Assembly (NCBI GenBank): GCA_963797095.1
Contig: CAWCNY010000001.1
Span: 384,001-448,000 of the forward strand
Source: an uncultured Chloroflexia bacterium
Lineage (GTDB): Bacteria > Chloroflexota > Chloroflexia > QHBQ01 > JADMIH01
Length of the DNA stretch: 64,000 nt
Direction: 5' to 3'
Both the position numbers and the translations under genes were made by a program. A model generated the notes under the pieces. That model saw only the letters and a program-made list of their open reading frames with translations, was not told the origin of the DNA and made no database searches. Below, one piece after another: positions 50,027-60,588 of the stretch (position 1 is the stretch's first letter; every line of letters begins with the position of its first letter).

Positions 50027-50387
50027 GCATCATACCCCTCACGCCTCATGCCTCACTGGAGATCCTATCGAAAGCATATCAGAACTCCGTGCTTTATTCA
50101 ATGCTCTTCAGGCTTCCGGGCTTCTCGCAGGGCTCATGTATGCTAAACCAAAAGGTCTGACAAGACCAAGTCCGCACGCTGCTTGGGCGACCAAGCAACT
50201 CTCTGTGGGTGTCCGCTTCGCCAGCGTGGGGCAGCGAGCTAGCATACATGAACCCTTCTTGACAGAACCTTTTGACAGGAATGGTACACTGATATCGCTT
50301 CGTGCTTAGCATACCAAAACACTGTGCAGAATGTCCCTTCTGTATACCGTTTTGTATATACTCCTGCAAAACCTGTAGGAGAAACGC

Positions 50388-50854
50388 ATGGAAAAGACCC
50401 CTGCCAACACCCCTTATCCCGACAAATTCGCTTTACGAAAGATGGAGGACCCGTCGCCCCCGACGATCGTGGGCATCCTCAATAGCATTCACGTCACCGG
50501 TGTCACGGCAACCATCCCTGATAGCTTGGAGAGTTGGATCAATGGCTATTTGCAACTCGCTGTTGAGGGCATACGGTCTGAAGCGGTTGCCCAGAAGATA
50601 GCTTTGCACTTACGCCGCTTCCTCAACTTCTTCATTGAGGGTTACGGCCATGACCGCATCTCCACTTGTCTGCGCCGTGATGTAATCGCCTGGCAACGCT
50701 CCCTCCTCGATGGTGGACTGGCCCACTCCACTGTCAACAACCATCTGGCTTCGCTCTCCACCTTCACCACCTGGGTACACGCTCAGGCTCCTCACCTGTT
50801 TGCAGCGGGCGATCCAACCAAGGGGGTCGGGGAATTGGGGCTGCCACCGTTGGA
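50388..50854 (+). pseudogene. Tyrosine recombinase N-terminal (SAM-like) part, truncated by IS6
   Basis: LRRFLNFF..RDVIAWQRSL..GLAHSTVNNHLASLSTFTTW..DPT; catalytic domain absent. Confidence 0.75.
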
Positions 50855-51270
50855 GGAAGTGGCAGAACTCAGGGCGCGGGTTGATATGGGGGCAACTCAT
50901 TGGGTATCCTTGCCATAAATAAATCATCCTGCAAGGAATCCTGATGAATTGTCCTTACTGCTCATCTTCTGCGACTACCCAACTGGCTGGCAATACCTCC
51001 CTCGGTTATCACACGTTCCGCTGCTCGCAGTGTAAGCGCAAGTTCAACGAGCGAACCGGCACTCCATTCAATTTCCTGGAGTACCCAACAGACGTTGTGC
51101 TTCTCGTCGTCCTGTGGCGGCTACGCTATAAGTTGAGCCTTCGCGACCTGGCAGAAATGTTTCTGGTGCGCGGCTTCGAGTTCACGCATGAAGCAGTTAG
51201 GAACTGGGAAGCTCGCTTTGCTCCCCTAATCACTGCGCAATTGCGTACCAGACGAAAGGGCAAGGCTGGC
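50855..51270 (+). mobile_element. IS6-family element, 3'-truncated by IS3
   Basis: IR GGAAGTGGCAGAA; transposase from 50944 to ..RRKGKAG. Confidence 0.88.
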
Positions 51271-52672
51271 TGTAGTGCGCCCCGGGACTTGGACACAGCG
51301 GATAATCAATGTCGTATGATGGTCCAAGAACGGAAAGGAGCGCAACAAGATGCCTCAGATGCAAAATCGGCGGAGTTTCAGCGCCGAGTTCAAAGCGCAG
51401 GTAGTGCTGGAAATCCTCACAGGAGCCAAGAGTGTAGCTCAGGCCTCTCGCGAGTACTCCATCAAGCCCGAATTGCTGTCCAGATGGAAAGCCGATTTCG
51501 TGGCAAGTGCCCCCAAGCTCTTCGAGAACGGCCCTTCCGGACGAGTGGCCGACCCACAAGCAGAACGGATAGCCGAGTTGGAGAGGCTGGTTGGACGCAT
51601 GACTCTGGAGATGGAAATCCTAAAAAAGGGGTCTGCGATCTTGAATGCAGAGCTGAGCAGAAAAGGCGGGCAGTCGTGAAGCTCGTTCAAGAGGAGAGCT
51701 ACCCGGTACAGCTGGTTTGCCGTCTGCTGGACTACCCTCGCAGCAGCTACTACCATTACACTCAAGCTCAGACCACGTCTCGGGTCCAGAGTGCGCCAGA
51801 CCAAGAGGTAAAAGAGGCCATCCAAGCGGTTGCTGACCGCTGGTCTACCTATGGATACAGGCGCATCACCCATCAGCTACGCAGAAGCAAGGAAGCGGGT
51901 GGGTACGAGCTTCGGGCCAACCACAAGCGAGTGCGGCGGTTGATGCGTGAGATGGGCCTGCAAGGACGCATCCCTCGCCGTAAGAAGCGCACGACCAATA
52001 GTGCCCACTCGTTCCCACGCTACCCCAACCTGGTAGAGGGGCTGGCGGTGGTGCGACCAGAGCAGCTTTGGGTCGGGGACATCACCTACGTGCGCCTCGG
52101 GAGCGAGTTTGTCTACTTGGCTGTGGTCATGGATGTGTTCACTCGCTCAATCCGTGGGTGGCACCTCTCGCGGTGGCTGGATGCTGACCTTACTGAAACG
52201 GCACTGCGGCGGGCACTGCTCGTTGGCACTCCTCAAATCCACCACTCCGACCAGGGAGTACAGTACGCGGCGGGTGGCTACGTGCAGATGCTGGTGGGAG
52301 CGGGAGTTGCCATCAGCATGGCTGAGGTGGGGCAGGCGTGGCAGAACGGGTACGCGGAACGGGTGATTCGAACCATCAAGGAAGAGGAGGTAGATTTATC
52401 GGAATACATCGACTACAATGATGCTTACCAGCAGATCGGGCGGTTCCTGGACGAGGTGTACCAGCACAAGCGGATACACTCATCGCTGGGGTACATGACC
52501 CCTGCTGAGTTCGAGGCGCAGTGGGTTCAGCGCAACCAGAGCTGCAACCAGGTATATCTGGGTGGTGGCGTGGGGAGCCAGGACGCACTCGCCGCTAGCC
52601 GGTCAGCCCAGCCGGTCGGGGCTATTGACTAACCTAAGCCCCATTTGTGTCCAACACCAAGGGCGCAGTACA
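51271..52672 (+). mobile_element. IS3-family element, apparently intact (orfA 51350-51679; orfB to 52632; A AAA AAG -1 frameshift site 51622-51628)
   Basis: 27-bp IRs TGTAGTGCGCCCCGGGACTTGGACACA / TGTACTGCGCCCTTGGTGTTGGACACA; WVGDITY, HHSDQGVQY, NGYAER..K. Confidence 0.93.
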
Positions 52673-52793
52673 GCATCCGCTGTGCCCGTGCGCTTGGACA
52701 TGAGTGGCGCCCGGAGATTTCTCGTGCTATGGATCTTGCGATTTTGCATGGCCCTGCTCATTTTGCTTGTTTACCCTACTATGATACATGTTA

Positions 52794-53078
52794 CTAACTC
52801 GCGACATCTGGCGATTCACGTCCCAGTTCGGGACGAACTGTATCTATCTTGGACCGCGAGTCGGATATCTTCTTGATTACCACCCCAATGACCGTATAGT
52901 AACTCACTGGGCCCCAGGAAAGTGAGTCATACCCTCCCGGTAAGTTGTCACTCAGAACGAAAATATGTCCGGGAGGAATATGCCATGTGCGCTTACCCTC
53001 CCTATCATGTTCTAGGCGGTACTTGTCCTGGAACTTGGGTGCCACGTCGGCAAGCGATGTGATGATGGTGTCACCGGC
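52794..53078 (-). pseudogene. S26 signal peptidase C-terminal remnant
   Basis: AGDTII..IPPGHIFVLSDN..YDSLSWGPV..VIGVV; catalytic Ser/Lys region missing. Confidence 0.6.
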
Positions 53079-53371
53079 AACAACAGAGGCAATCAGGCGG
53101 GCTATGGCCTCGGAGGGCGGACCCGTGGCTGCACATTCGGCTGTGCCAGTGTTCGCTCACAATACGCAGGCGCAACCCGACTGACCCACCTTGCAGATGA
53201 AGATTCACTAAAACCATGAGCAGCCTCAATCTTCGATTCGTGCGTAAAACAGATTGGGAACACTCAACGACCCCACCCCAACCCCTCCCCAAATTTTAGC
53301 ATATTTTAGAACCAGATTGCACGGTTGCGAATCCGAACCCAAAATTCGCGATGTTTCATGTTCTAAAAATC

Positions 53372-54343
53372 CTACGCGTGATGGCGCAGCAAGGCTTTGC
53401 CTCGCCTGAGCGCGCTCCCCAGCGGGCTTATCCTCAGCTTGAACCTGTTCAGCGAAAGGCCCGCCGTCGCGCCTATCCTGTGCATCATATATGGGTCTGT
53501 CTTGCCCGGCGTGTTATACCCTGCCATCATTGTGAAAGCCCCTATCAACCCGGCGCTCCGTACGGCTTGTGAACTTGTTTCGCCGATCGCGTAAGATTGA
53601 CCGTTCGGGTAGGCGAACAGGGGCAATGGCCTCTTGAGGTGGGCGTTGAGGTCGGCCAATGAGCCTTCTATCTCGTCGCGCATGCGCTGGGGATTCGTGC
53701 GCGAAAGGATGGGATGCCGCCGAGTGTGCGGGCCGATTGCCACATCTCCGGTCTCGCTCAGGGCGATCAACTCTGTCCAATCGAGACGCTGCTTCTCGCT
53801 GCTCGGTTTTATGCCGCACGCCTGCGCGATCATCTCCACAAGGCGCTCGGCTTCGTCCGCATCTGAATGCTCGACTGCTACCACCAGCGTTTTATAAGCC
53901 GTGCCTCTCTGTTCCTTTGTGCCAAGCGCGAGCCGTCCCACGCCCGGCACTTCGATTTCTCGATTCTCTGTTCGCTCAATTACCCTGTGTAGAGTGTCCC
54001 ACCAGAACGGTTCGCACGGATTGGACGTGTAGCCTGTCGCCACAAACAGCGTTGAGGGGAGTCCGTAGCGGCGCATTATTGGTGCCGCCGTGTCCATGAA
54101 GCAGCTATTTCCATCGTCGAAAGTGATCATCAGGGCACGCGGCGGCAAGGGCTTGCCATCGCGCAGGCTTTCGACCAGTTGCCACCCCGAAATGACGTTA
54201 TACCTGCCCGCGATCCACCTCATCTGCGCCTCGAACTCGTCGGGATACGCATCTATGAGCGCAGGCGACAGGTCGCGATTGGCTGTGTTGTCCGGAGTAT
54301 CGATCCTGTGGTACGCCAGGGTTGTCAATGTGCCGCCTGCCAC
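53372..54343 (-). CDS. Polysaccharide deacetylase
   Basis: LAYHRI, MITFDDG, GPHTRRHP, FAYPNG; GTG 54343 directly after upstream stop. Confidence 0.9.
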   Translation of the reverse strand: MAGGTLTTLAYHRIDTPDNTANRDLSPALIDAYPDEFEAQMRWIAGRYNVISGWQLVESLRDGKPLPPRALMITFDDGNSCFMDTAAPIMRRYGLPSTLFVATGYTSNPCEPFWWDTLHRVIERTENREIEVPGVGRLALGTKEQRGTAYKTLVVAVEHSDADEAERLVEMIAQACGIKPSSEKQRLDWTELIALSETGDVAIGPHTRRHPILSRTNPQRMRDEIEGSLADLNAHLKRPLPLFAYPNGQSYAIGETSSQAVRSAGLIGAFTMMAGYNTPGKTDPYMMHRIGATAGLSLNRFKLRISPLGSALRRGKALLRHHA

Positions 54344-54344
54344 C

Positions 54345-56891
54345 TCATTGCCCCACCTTCTGCCCGTACTTGCTCTCGAAAACGACCGCGCCCAACTGGG
54401 ATACCTGCACCCCGTACACGGTGTCGGCCAAGCGCGGGTGGTATTCCAGTGCTGCTTTCTTGAAGTATTGTACCCACACATCTTTACCGTTGGCGTTGGT
54501 ATCCAGCAACACGTGGCTGATAGGCGCTCCGAAAACGTGCGGCCCGCCGTTGGCTACCCAGAAGTCGAAGAACTTTTGCGGAACCTCCATCCCATCCTCA
54601 AAGATCACCTGCTCACCGTCCAGGCCGCGAGGCAATTTCGCTACAGGCGACCCGCTGCCGGTGATGGGCATCTCAAGCCCCAGGTTGCCACACTGCACAT
54701 CGTCGGGCGTGCCGGCCAGCTTCGGATAGTATTCCAGCCTGGCTTTCTCGAAGTATTGCACATCGATCAACTCTCCCTGCGTGCTGATTTCGTAGAATCG
54801 CGGGGTGATCGGGTAGCCGAACACAGGCACTCCACCATTCGTATGCCAGAACCCGAACATCTTCTCGTAGACATCGTGCATTGGCCGCTCGGCATTCCAG
54901 GCCACGAACTTGCCGGGCCTTGTCCTTACCTCGCCGTTCAGTCGTATGCGCAAGTCCATATCCCAGGCCATGAGGTTATAGGGGTCGCGCTCAAGTGCCA
55001 ATTCGACCATAACCCTCGCCACTTTGAGGTCGCCTCTGCTCAGCGCGGCCTCTCCGGTCGATAGCCATGTTTCCAACCTGGCAACCTGCGCCGTGCTCTT
55101 CGTTCCCAGCCTGCGCACATATGCAGAGCGCTCGTTCCAGGCTGCGGTATCCGGTTTCTTCTGGCCCGGCTCTTCAGCCAGGATCACGGTCGAGAACAGA
55201 TGCTCGACCTGTGGCGATTCCATGCTCTCGACTACCTCCCCGTATGTAGATGTTGCCATCGTCTTGTTCCTCCCAAACCATCCTCGAAGACCTGTTCGTC
55301 TGATCCGCTTGTTGTTCGATCCTTGATTCACCTGCCCAACTGTCACTGTTGCCATGGGCAAAACGGGCACATAGCTCCTGGCGATAAGGCGTAGTGCCGC
55401 TATTAGCGAAATGATCATCCACAACATATACAAGAATGCGCCGTGTAACGACATGGCAGTGACCAAGTAGCCAATAAACACAATAGCTAACCACCCAGCA
55501 AGCTGGTGTTCCCTGGTCGCCCCTGCGAACTTGAACCGCCTGCGAGCATCTATAAGAGCGAGCCACGCCGTTACTAGCAGGCCCCCGAACACGATGATGC
55601 CCATAACGCCATGCTCTGCCGCTACTTCGAGATAGAGGTTGTGGGGTGGAATGCCCGTAGACACCCTCGCGAACTCCGTCCCCTCCAGGTAGTCCAACTG
55701 GTAAAGAGGATAGTTCTCCCTTCCCACGCCAATGAGGGGGTGGTCGGCGAACATCTCGATTGCCGCCTGTGTCGCGCCAGCTCGCCCCCTGATCGAGTCC
55801 TCTCCGATAATGGTCAACTGGTTGCCCTGTGCTACGTCAACGATAGTTGTAAGGCGCTCCATGTAATTAGATGGCAGGAGCGGCACAGCCAACAGCAGCG
55901 CCACCACACCACCCACTAACAAGAGCGGATTGGGGCGCTTGAATATCACCACTGCGATGGCGATAACCCCAAGTGCCAGCGCGTCGCCTCGTGAATAGGT
56001 GAGGATCACAGCTACCAACAGTATCCCGGAGCAGACAAGGCCCGCCAGCCTCGCCAGAGCGCCCCGCGCCTCAAACAGCAGATAGAGCGCAATGGGCACT
56101 ACTATCAACAGCAATTGCCCGTAGTAGTTGGCGTCGCCAATAGTCCCGCCGGGCCGCGCGCCTTCGGTGTCGCCCGCGATATCGCTCACGCGGTACTGCG
56201 CCAGCCCACCGAAATCCTGATCATAGCGCCCGGTTACGGCCTGGAAGATCGTCAACGAGGCCAGAAACACCCCCGCTGCCATCACCGCATACAGGGCAAC
56301 GTGCATCCTGCGTATGGTCGTAAGGGAGTTGATCACTATCAGATAGGTGAAGAAATCGCGGAGGAACTCGATCATGTTGTCCACGACCAGGCTGGAATTA
56401 CGAGCGTAGACCACGCCAAGGGCAACCATCAGGCCGTATGCTATGAGCCACCACGTCAGCCGGTCGCCCGCCGGCCTTTCATGCTGCACGAAGACCCGGT
56501 AGCCAAGCACGGCGGTTACCAGTGCCATGCCTATGAAGCGTGCCAGCGACGGGAAATCGTGATACCTGACGAGGATGCTCAGGAGGTCTGTGTAGACAAG
56601 CACCAGGTAGATGATAGATGCCCAATGCGGTCGCGCCAGCACCACCAGCAACCCGAAGGGAGCGAGCAGGCCGAGCACCAGCATTACAGTGCTAAGGCCA
56701 AGCCCCACGCCCAAGCCGAGACCCAGGCCCGCCACCAGGGCCGCCACCAGGGCCGCCAGCACGACCGGCCATGACCAGCGCGATTGTCCAGGCTGCGGGG
56801 CAGCACCGGGCTGATAAGCCTGTGAGCCGGGCAAATGGAACCCGCCCTCGCGGGCTAGCCCTCCCAATACTCTTGTCTCCGTGAGGCTCAT
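54345..56891 (-). CDS. O-antigen ligase/Wzy-family membrane protein fused to two C-terminal Chloroflexota-type repeats
   Basis: GTIGDANYYG, LTYSRG, S..GR..FADHPLIGVG..PHNLYLEVAAEHG; C-terminal FW..NGG..VFG(Y/A)PI..VQYF.KA.LEY.P x2. Confidence 0.85.
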   Translation of the reverse strand: MSLTETRVLGGLAREGGFHLPGSQAYQPGAAPQPGQSRWSWPVVLAALVAALVAGLGLGLGVGLGLSTVMLVLGLLAPFGLLVVLARPHWASIIYLVLVYTDLLSILVRYHDFPSLARFIGMALVTAVLGYRVFVQHERPAGDRLTWWLIAYGLMVALGVVYARNSSLVVDNMIEFLRDFFTYLIVINSLTTIRRMHVALYAVMAAGVFLASLTIFQAVTGRYDQDFGGLAQYRVSDIAGDTEGARPGGTIGDANYYGQLLLIVVPIALYLLFEARGALARLAGLVCSGILLVAVILTYSRGDALALGVIAIAVVIFKRPNPLLLVGGVVALLLAVPLLPSNYMERLTTIVDVAQGNQLTIIGEDSIRGRAGATQAAIEMFADHPLIGVGRENYPLYQLDYLEGTEFARVSTGIPPHNLYLEVAAEHGVMGIIVFGGLLVTAWLALIDARRRFKFAGATREHQLAGWLAIVFIGYLVTAMSLHGAFLYMLWMIISLIAALRLIARSYVPVLPMATVTVGQVNQGSNNKRIRRTGLRGWFGRNKTMATSTYGEVVESMESPQVEHLFSTVILAEEPGQKKPDTAAWNERSAYVRRLGTKSTAQVARLETWLSTGEAALSRGDLKVARVMVELALERDPYNLMAWDMDLRIRLNGEVRTRPGKFVAWNAERPMHDVYEKMFGFWHTNGGVPVFGYPITPRFYEISTQGELIDVQYFEKARLEYYPKLAGTPDDVQCGNLGLEMPITGSGSPVAKLPRGLDGEQVIFEDGMEVPQKFFDFWVANGGPHVFGAPISHVLLDTNANGKDVWVQYFKKAALEYHPRLADTVYGVQVSQLGAVVFESKYGQKVGQ

Positions 56892-56898
56892 TGCCGTC

Positions 56899-57765
56899 CT
56901 AACCTGGGTACGAGTTGTCTTTGCGGGTCGGTTGGAGCGCATCGCCGTGCTGTGGCTCTGCATCGGCGTCGTTCGGCCAGCTTCCCACGCGGGGCTGTCG
57001 CCCAGGCAGCAGGTATCCGGTTGTGAGCCGCCCGCCATTGATCACCGTCATATCGTCGTGTCCGATCTGTTGAGCATTGGGCGGCGGCGGGGCCAGCGAA
57101 GGCATCGCCGATGGCAGGGCCTGCACGCCATTGGGGACCAGAGAGCGTATCTGCGGCTCGTATGCGACCCGGCGCGGCATCCTGAGGTACTCGATTGCCA
57201 GTGCCAGCAGTATGCCGAGCGCCAGTCCAAGCCCTGCGCCTATCGGTATATCTCTGCTTGGCACCGGTGAGGTCGGCGCTGTCGGCACGACAGCCATCTC
57301 GATTGGCGCAAGCTCTATCACTCTGTACAGTTCAAGCCCGCTTGCTACCGAGGCATTCACGGTGGCGTTCACGTAGTTAGTCAGCAGTTGCGGGTCGCGG
57401 CCTTTCGCGGTCAGCTCGATAACGGTTGTGTCGGGCAGCACATTGGCCTCGATTGGATAGTCTTTGGCGGTTGTTGGGTTAAGGCCGACTTCGTCTTGTG
57501 CCTGTTTCTGCACATCGGCTGAGGTGAATAGCTGCGCGAACGTTCCGATCACCGACTTCATACCGAGCTGGCTGATCATATTTACCAGGTCTCGTGTATC
57601 GGTGAGCACGCCGGTCGCGGGCCTGGCCACCACCCGCGCCTGCACGCTGTATGTGGGCGACTTCGTGAACGAGATAGCCGCCGCGACCCCTGTAGAGATG
57701 AGCGCCGTCAGCAGCACGACCCACCAGTAGCGGCCTATGATCTTTAGATAAGTAACTACTTCCAT
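56899..57765 (-). CDS. Wzz/CapA(YveK)-type polysaccharide co-polymerase
   Basis: YLKIIGRYWWVV N-terminal TM, P.Y, P..PTSP..GAGLGLALG second TM. Confidence 0.85.
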   Translation of the reverse strand: MEVVTYLKIIGRYWWVVLLTALISTGVAAAISFTKSPTYSVQARVVARPATGVLTDTRDLVNMISQLGMKSVIGTFAQLFTSADVQKQAQDEVGLNPTTAKDYPIEANVLPDTTVIELTAKGRDPQLLTNYVNATVNASVASGLELYRVIELAPIEMAVVPTAPTSPVPSRDIPIGAGLGLALGILLALAIEYLRMPRRVAYEPQIRSLVPNGVQALPSAMPSLAPPPPNAQQIGHDDMTVINGGRLTTGYLLPGRQPRVGSWPNDADAEPQHGDALQPTRKDNSYPG

Positions 57766-57774
57766 ACCAGTCTC

Positions 57775-60195
57775 CTATGACGAATGGCGAGTGACGAGTG
57801 TGGCGCGTCGTCTTTCGCCGACCTTACGCGCGTAAAGCTCTCTGTAGATTTCGTCCACGCGGCTTACCATGTGCTCAGTCGTGTATGCTTTGCGCACCCG
57901 CGCCAGTCCGGCTTCTCCCAGCCTGTGGCGCAACGATGCATCGCTTGCCAATCGCTCAAGTGCTAATACGAGCCTGGATTCATCCCCGGGCCGCACCAGC
58001 AAGCCGTTCACGTCGTCTTCCACTATCTCAGGCACGCCTCCGACCTGCGTCGCTACCAGGGGCAGACCCACCGCCATAGCTTCCAGCAGGACGATTGGAA
58101 GCGCCTCGTTATTCGACGGAAGCACGAAGAGGTCCATCGCGCCCAGCAGGCGTGGGGTGTCCTGTCGCGTGCCCACAAATTGCACTCTGTCTGTCTGCCC
58201 TTGTGCCAACTCGGTGTTCAATCTTTCCAAATCGGGTCGCAACTGACCATCACCAACGATCAGAAGGCGAACCTGCTCATTCTTAGGTTTGTAGATAGCC
58301 CTGATAAGGTGGTCAACGCCTCCCTTCTCCGGGCTAAGCCTTCCCACCAGCCCGGCCAGCAAAGTATCGCCCGATATACCGAGTTCGCGCCTCGCGCCCA
58401 CTCTCTCCTCAGGGGTGGGTGGTCTGAATGTGGCCGTATCTACCCCATTGTAAAGCACACCAATCGTCTGTAGAGGCACCCCCTCGACCTTGCTGACCAG
58501 TCGCTTGCTGGCCTCGGAGGGCACAAGCACGCGGTCGCTAAGCCGGTGGAGCAGGCGGTTGACCAGTGCTTCGCGCACCGAGATGGTAGACCAATGCTCG
58601 TGCGCGATGATTACGGGCACACCTGCCAGCTTACCCAGCAATCGGCCCAGCGTGTTCGAGCCGAACAGGTGTGTATGGAGTATATCCACCCGCTCGCGCT
58701 TCATCAATCTTACCAGTTTCAGCCATTGGCCCACGTCCCAGCGGCTCGTGCGCCCCTGTACGAAGGTACGCACGCTTGCAGCATCCAGCATCGGCTGGTA
58801 GTTGCCAGCGCTCCTGGTCGCGCACACCGCCACGTTGTACCTGCTTCTGTCCAGGTGGATTGCAATATCGGCCAGGGCTTTTTCGGCCCCGCCCCGCCCG
58901 GTAACATCCGTCAGTTGCATGACGTTCAATTTGGGAGCGCGCACGGCAAGACGTGGAGCCGCAGTTGTGCCACCACGAACCGATTCAGGCAGGTTCCGCA
59001 CTCCCTGTTCAGCGCCTCGCATCTCGTACAACTCGGTCAGCTTGCTTGCGTGCTCCTCCCACCTGAACTGGCTTTCCACGTAGGCACGCGCTACTCCGGC
59101 CAGTTCCGCACGCCTTCCGGGGTTGTCAATGAGCACCCTGATCGCTTCGGCGAAATCGCGTGCGGTGTCGGCCACCAGCAATTGGCGACCGTGCTCGGCT
59201 CCCACACCGCGATTGCCTATGGAAGTGGTCACCACCGGAGCGCCCGCCGACATAGCCTCAAGCACCTTGTTCTGGATGCCAGAACCGGATCGCATCGGAG
59301 CGACCGCGACGGTTGCTTTTGCCAGCCATGCGCCCAGGTCATGCACCTTGCCGAGCACCTCCACAGCCGGGGTGCGCAGTCCCATAGCTCGCACGCGCTC
59401 GCTTGGACTTGTCCCCACCACCAGGAAGCGCAGGTTGGGGCGCACTCCTCGGAGTAAAGGCCACACCTTGTCTAAGAACCACAGCACCGCCTCTTCGTTC
59501 GGCCCATATGCCATGTTGCCTGTGAAGATCAATGTGGCAGTGTCCCGTGCCTCGGCCGGCCTGAAAGGGAAGCGGTTCAAGTCCACGCCGTTGGGGATGA
59601 CCACGATCTTATCTTCGCCACCGAGCGCTTCCTTATCGGCGGGTGACGACACTGCCAGCGCGAGAAACCGCTCCACGCTCTCCTGCTCATACCGGCGCAC
59701 CCGCCTGTACTCCATCTCGTAGGCAAGCCTCACCGGGCCATGCGCGCTCTTGCGCCTGGCCTCAAGATTGAGAGCCAGCGAATCGATCAGGTCCGCGACC
59801 ACCGGCGGGCGCGAAGTGGCTCTATCCCACACGTAGGGCAGCATCCTGATCAGGGCAACGTGCACCGCGTCGAATTTGTCCTCCGCCATGCGCCGGGCCA
59901 ACAGATCGCGGAACCTGCCCGACATATAGTGGCTTACCTGCAGAGGCCTGGTCCCGAACACTCCCAACGCCATGTTCAGCATGGCACGCGATTTAGGCAA
60001 ACGGACCACTGCTACATCGTCGCACAGGCGCTCTATATGGGCGCGGTCGTGCTCGCTTACGGGAGCATCGGCGATGCTGAGCAGGGTAATGCTGTGCCCG
60101 GCCTCATGGAGCGCGCTGATCTGGTGGTACGCACGTAGCGTATCGCCTTTGATCGGAGGATATGGGAACCTGGGAGTAAGAAATAGGATTCGCAC
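57775..60195 (-). CDS. Tandem double GT4 glycosyltransferase fusion
   Basis: RILFLTPRFPYPP..GD..GSGIQNKVLEAM followed by GGAEK..HTH..EALPIVLLEAM..VGGVPE. Confidence 0.9.
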   Translation of the reverse strand: MRILFLTPRFPYPPIKGDTLRAYHQISALHEAGHSITLLSIADAPVSEHDRAHIERLCDDVAVVRLPKSRAMLNMALGVFGTRPLQVSHYMSGRFRDLLARRMAEDKFDAVHVALIRMLPYVWDRATSRPPVVADLIDSLALNLEARRKSAHGPVRLAYEMEYRRVRRYEQESVERFLALAVSSPADKEALGGEDKIVVIPNGVDLNRFPFRPAEARDTATLIFTGNMAYGPNEEAVLWFLDKVWPLLRGVRPNLRFLVVGTSPSERVRAMGLRTPAVEVLGKVHDLGAWLAKATVAVAPMRSGSGIQNKVLEAMSAGAPVVTTSIGNRGVGAEHGRQLLVADTARDFAEAIRVLIDNPGRRAELAGVARAYVESQFRWEEHASKLTELYEMRGAEQGVRNLPESVRGGTTAAPRLAVRAPKLNVMQLTDVTGRGGAEKALADIAIHLDRSRYNVAVCATRSAGNYQPMLDAASVRTFVQGRTSRWDVGQWLKLVRLMKRERVDILHTHLFGSNTLGRLLGKLAGVPVIIAHEHWSTISVREALVNRLLHRLSDRVLVPSEASKRLVSKVEGVPLQTIGVLYNGVDTATFRPPTPEERVGARRELGISGDTLLAGLVGRLSPEKGGVDHLIRAIYKPKNEQVRLLIVGDGQLRPDLERLNTELAQGQTDRVQFVGTRQDTPRLLGAMDLFVLPSNNEALPIVLLEAMAVGLPLVATQVGGVPEIVEDDVNGLLVRPGDESRLVLALERLASDASLRHRLGEAGLARVRKAYTTEHMVSRVDEIYRELYARKVGERRRATLVTRHSS

Positions 60196-60588
60196 GGTGG
60201 CAGCGTCGGGTGATACCAGGGCCACACACGAGGCGACGATCCGGCACAACTCAGGCAGCCGTTCCTGTCCAAAAAAAAGTAGGCCGCCTATCGCTATGCG
60301 ACGCCGGTGACTATAAAACTAACGTTCAATCAGCAGCATGCTGCTGCGCTTGTGGCAAGCCAGAGGCCGGTCCCACATCGTGTGCCTCGTGCTTCACACG
60401 ATGTGAGTGTGAGCATATTGCCTTTCGGCGCGTTGTGCGGTCACGGTCTTTGAGAGATAAAGTAATCGCCGCTCGCCTCGATAATGTGCTCACCGGGATA
60501 TTCTTTGGTGCTTGCTACCATATTGTAACCCAGCCCCCATGCGTGCACAATTACCCATTAGCGGTATATTTCTACTACCCTCCGGCCT

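Noticed and set aside
50150-50270. IS6-like end motifs GGTTCTGTCAAG and GGTCTTGTCAGA on the minus strand
   Set aside because: Short, same orientation, no associated ORF or partner end; cannot be supported
53270-53290. C-rich REP-like half-site CCCCACCCCAACCCCTCCCC
   Set aside because: No complementary G-rich arm and single occurrence
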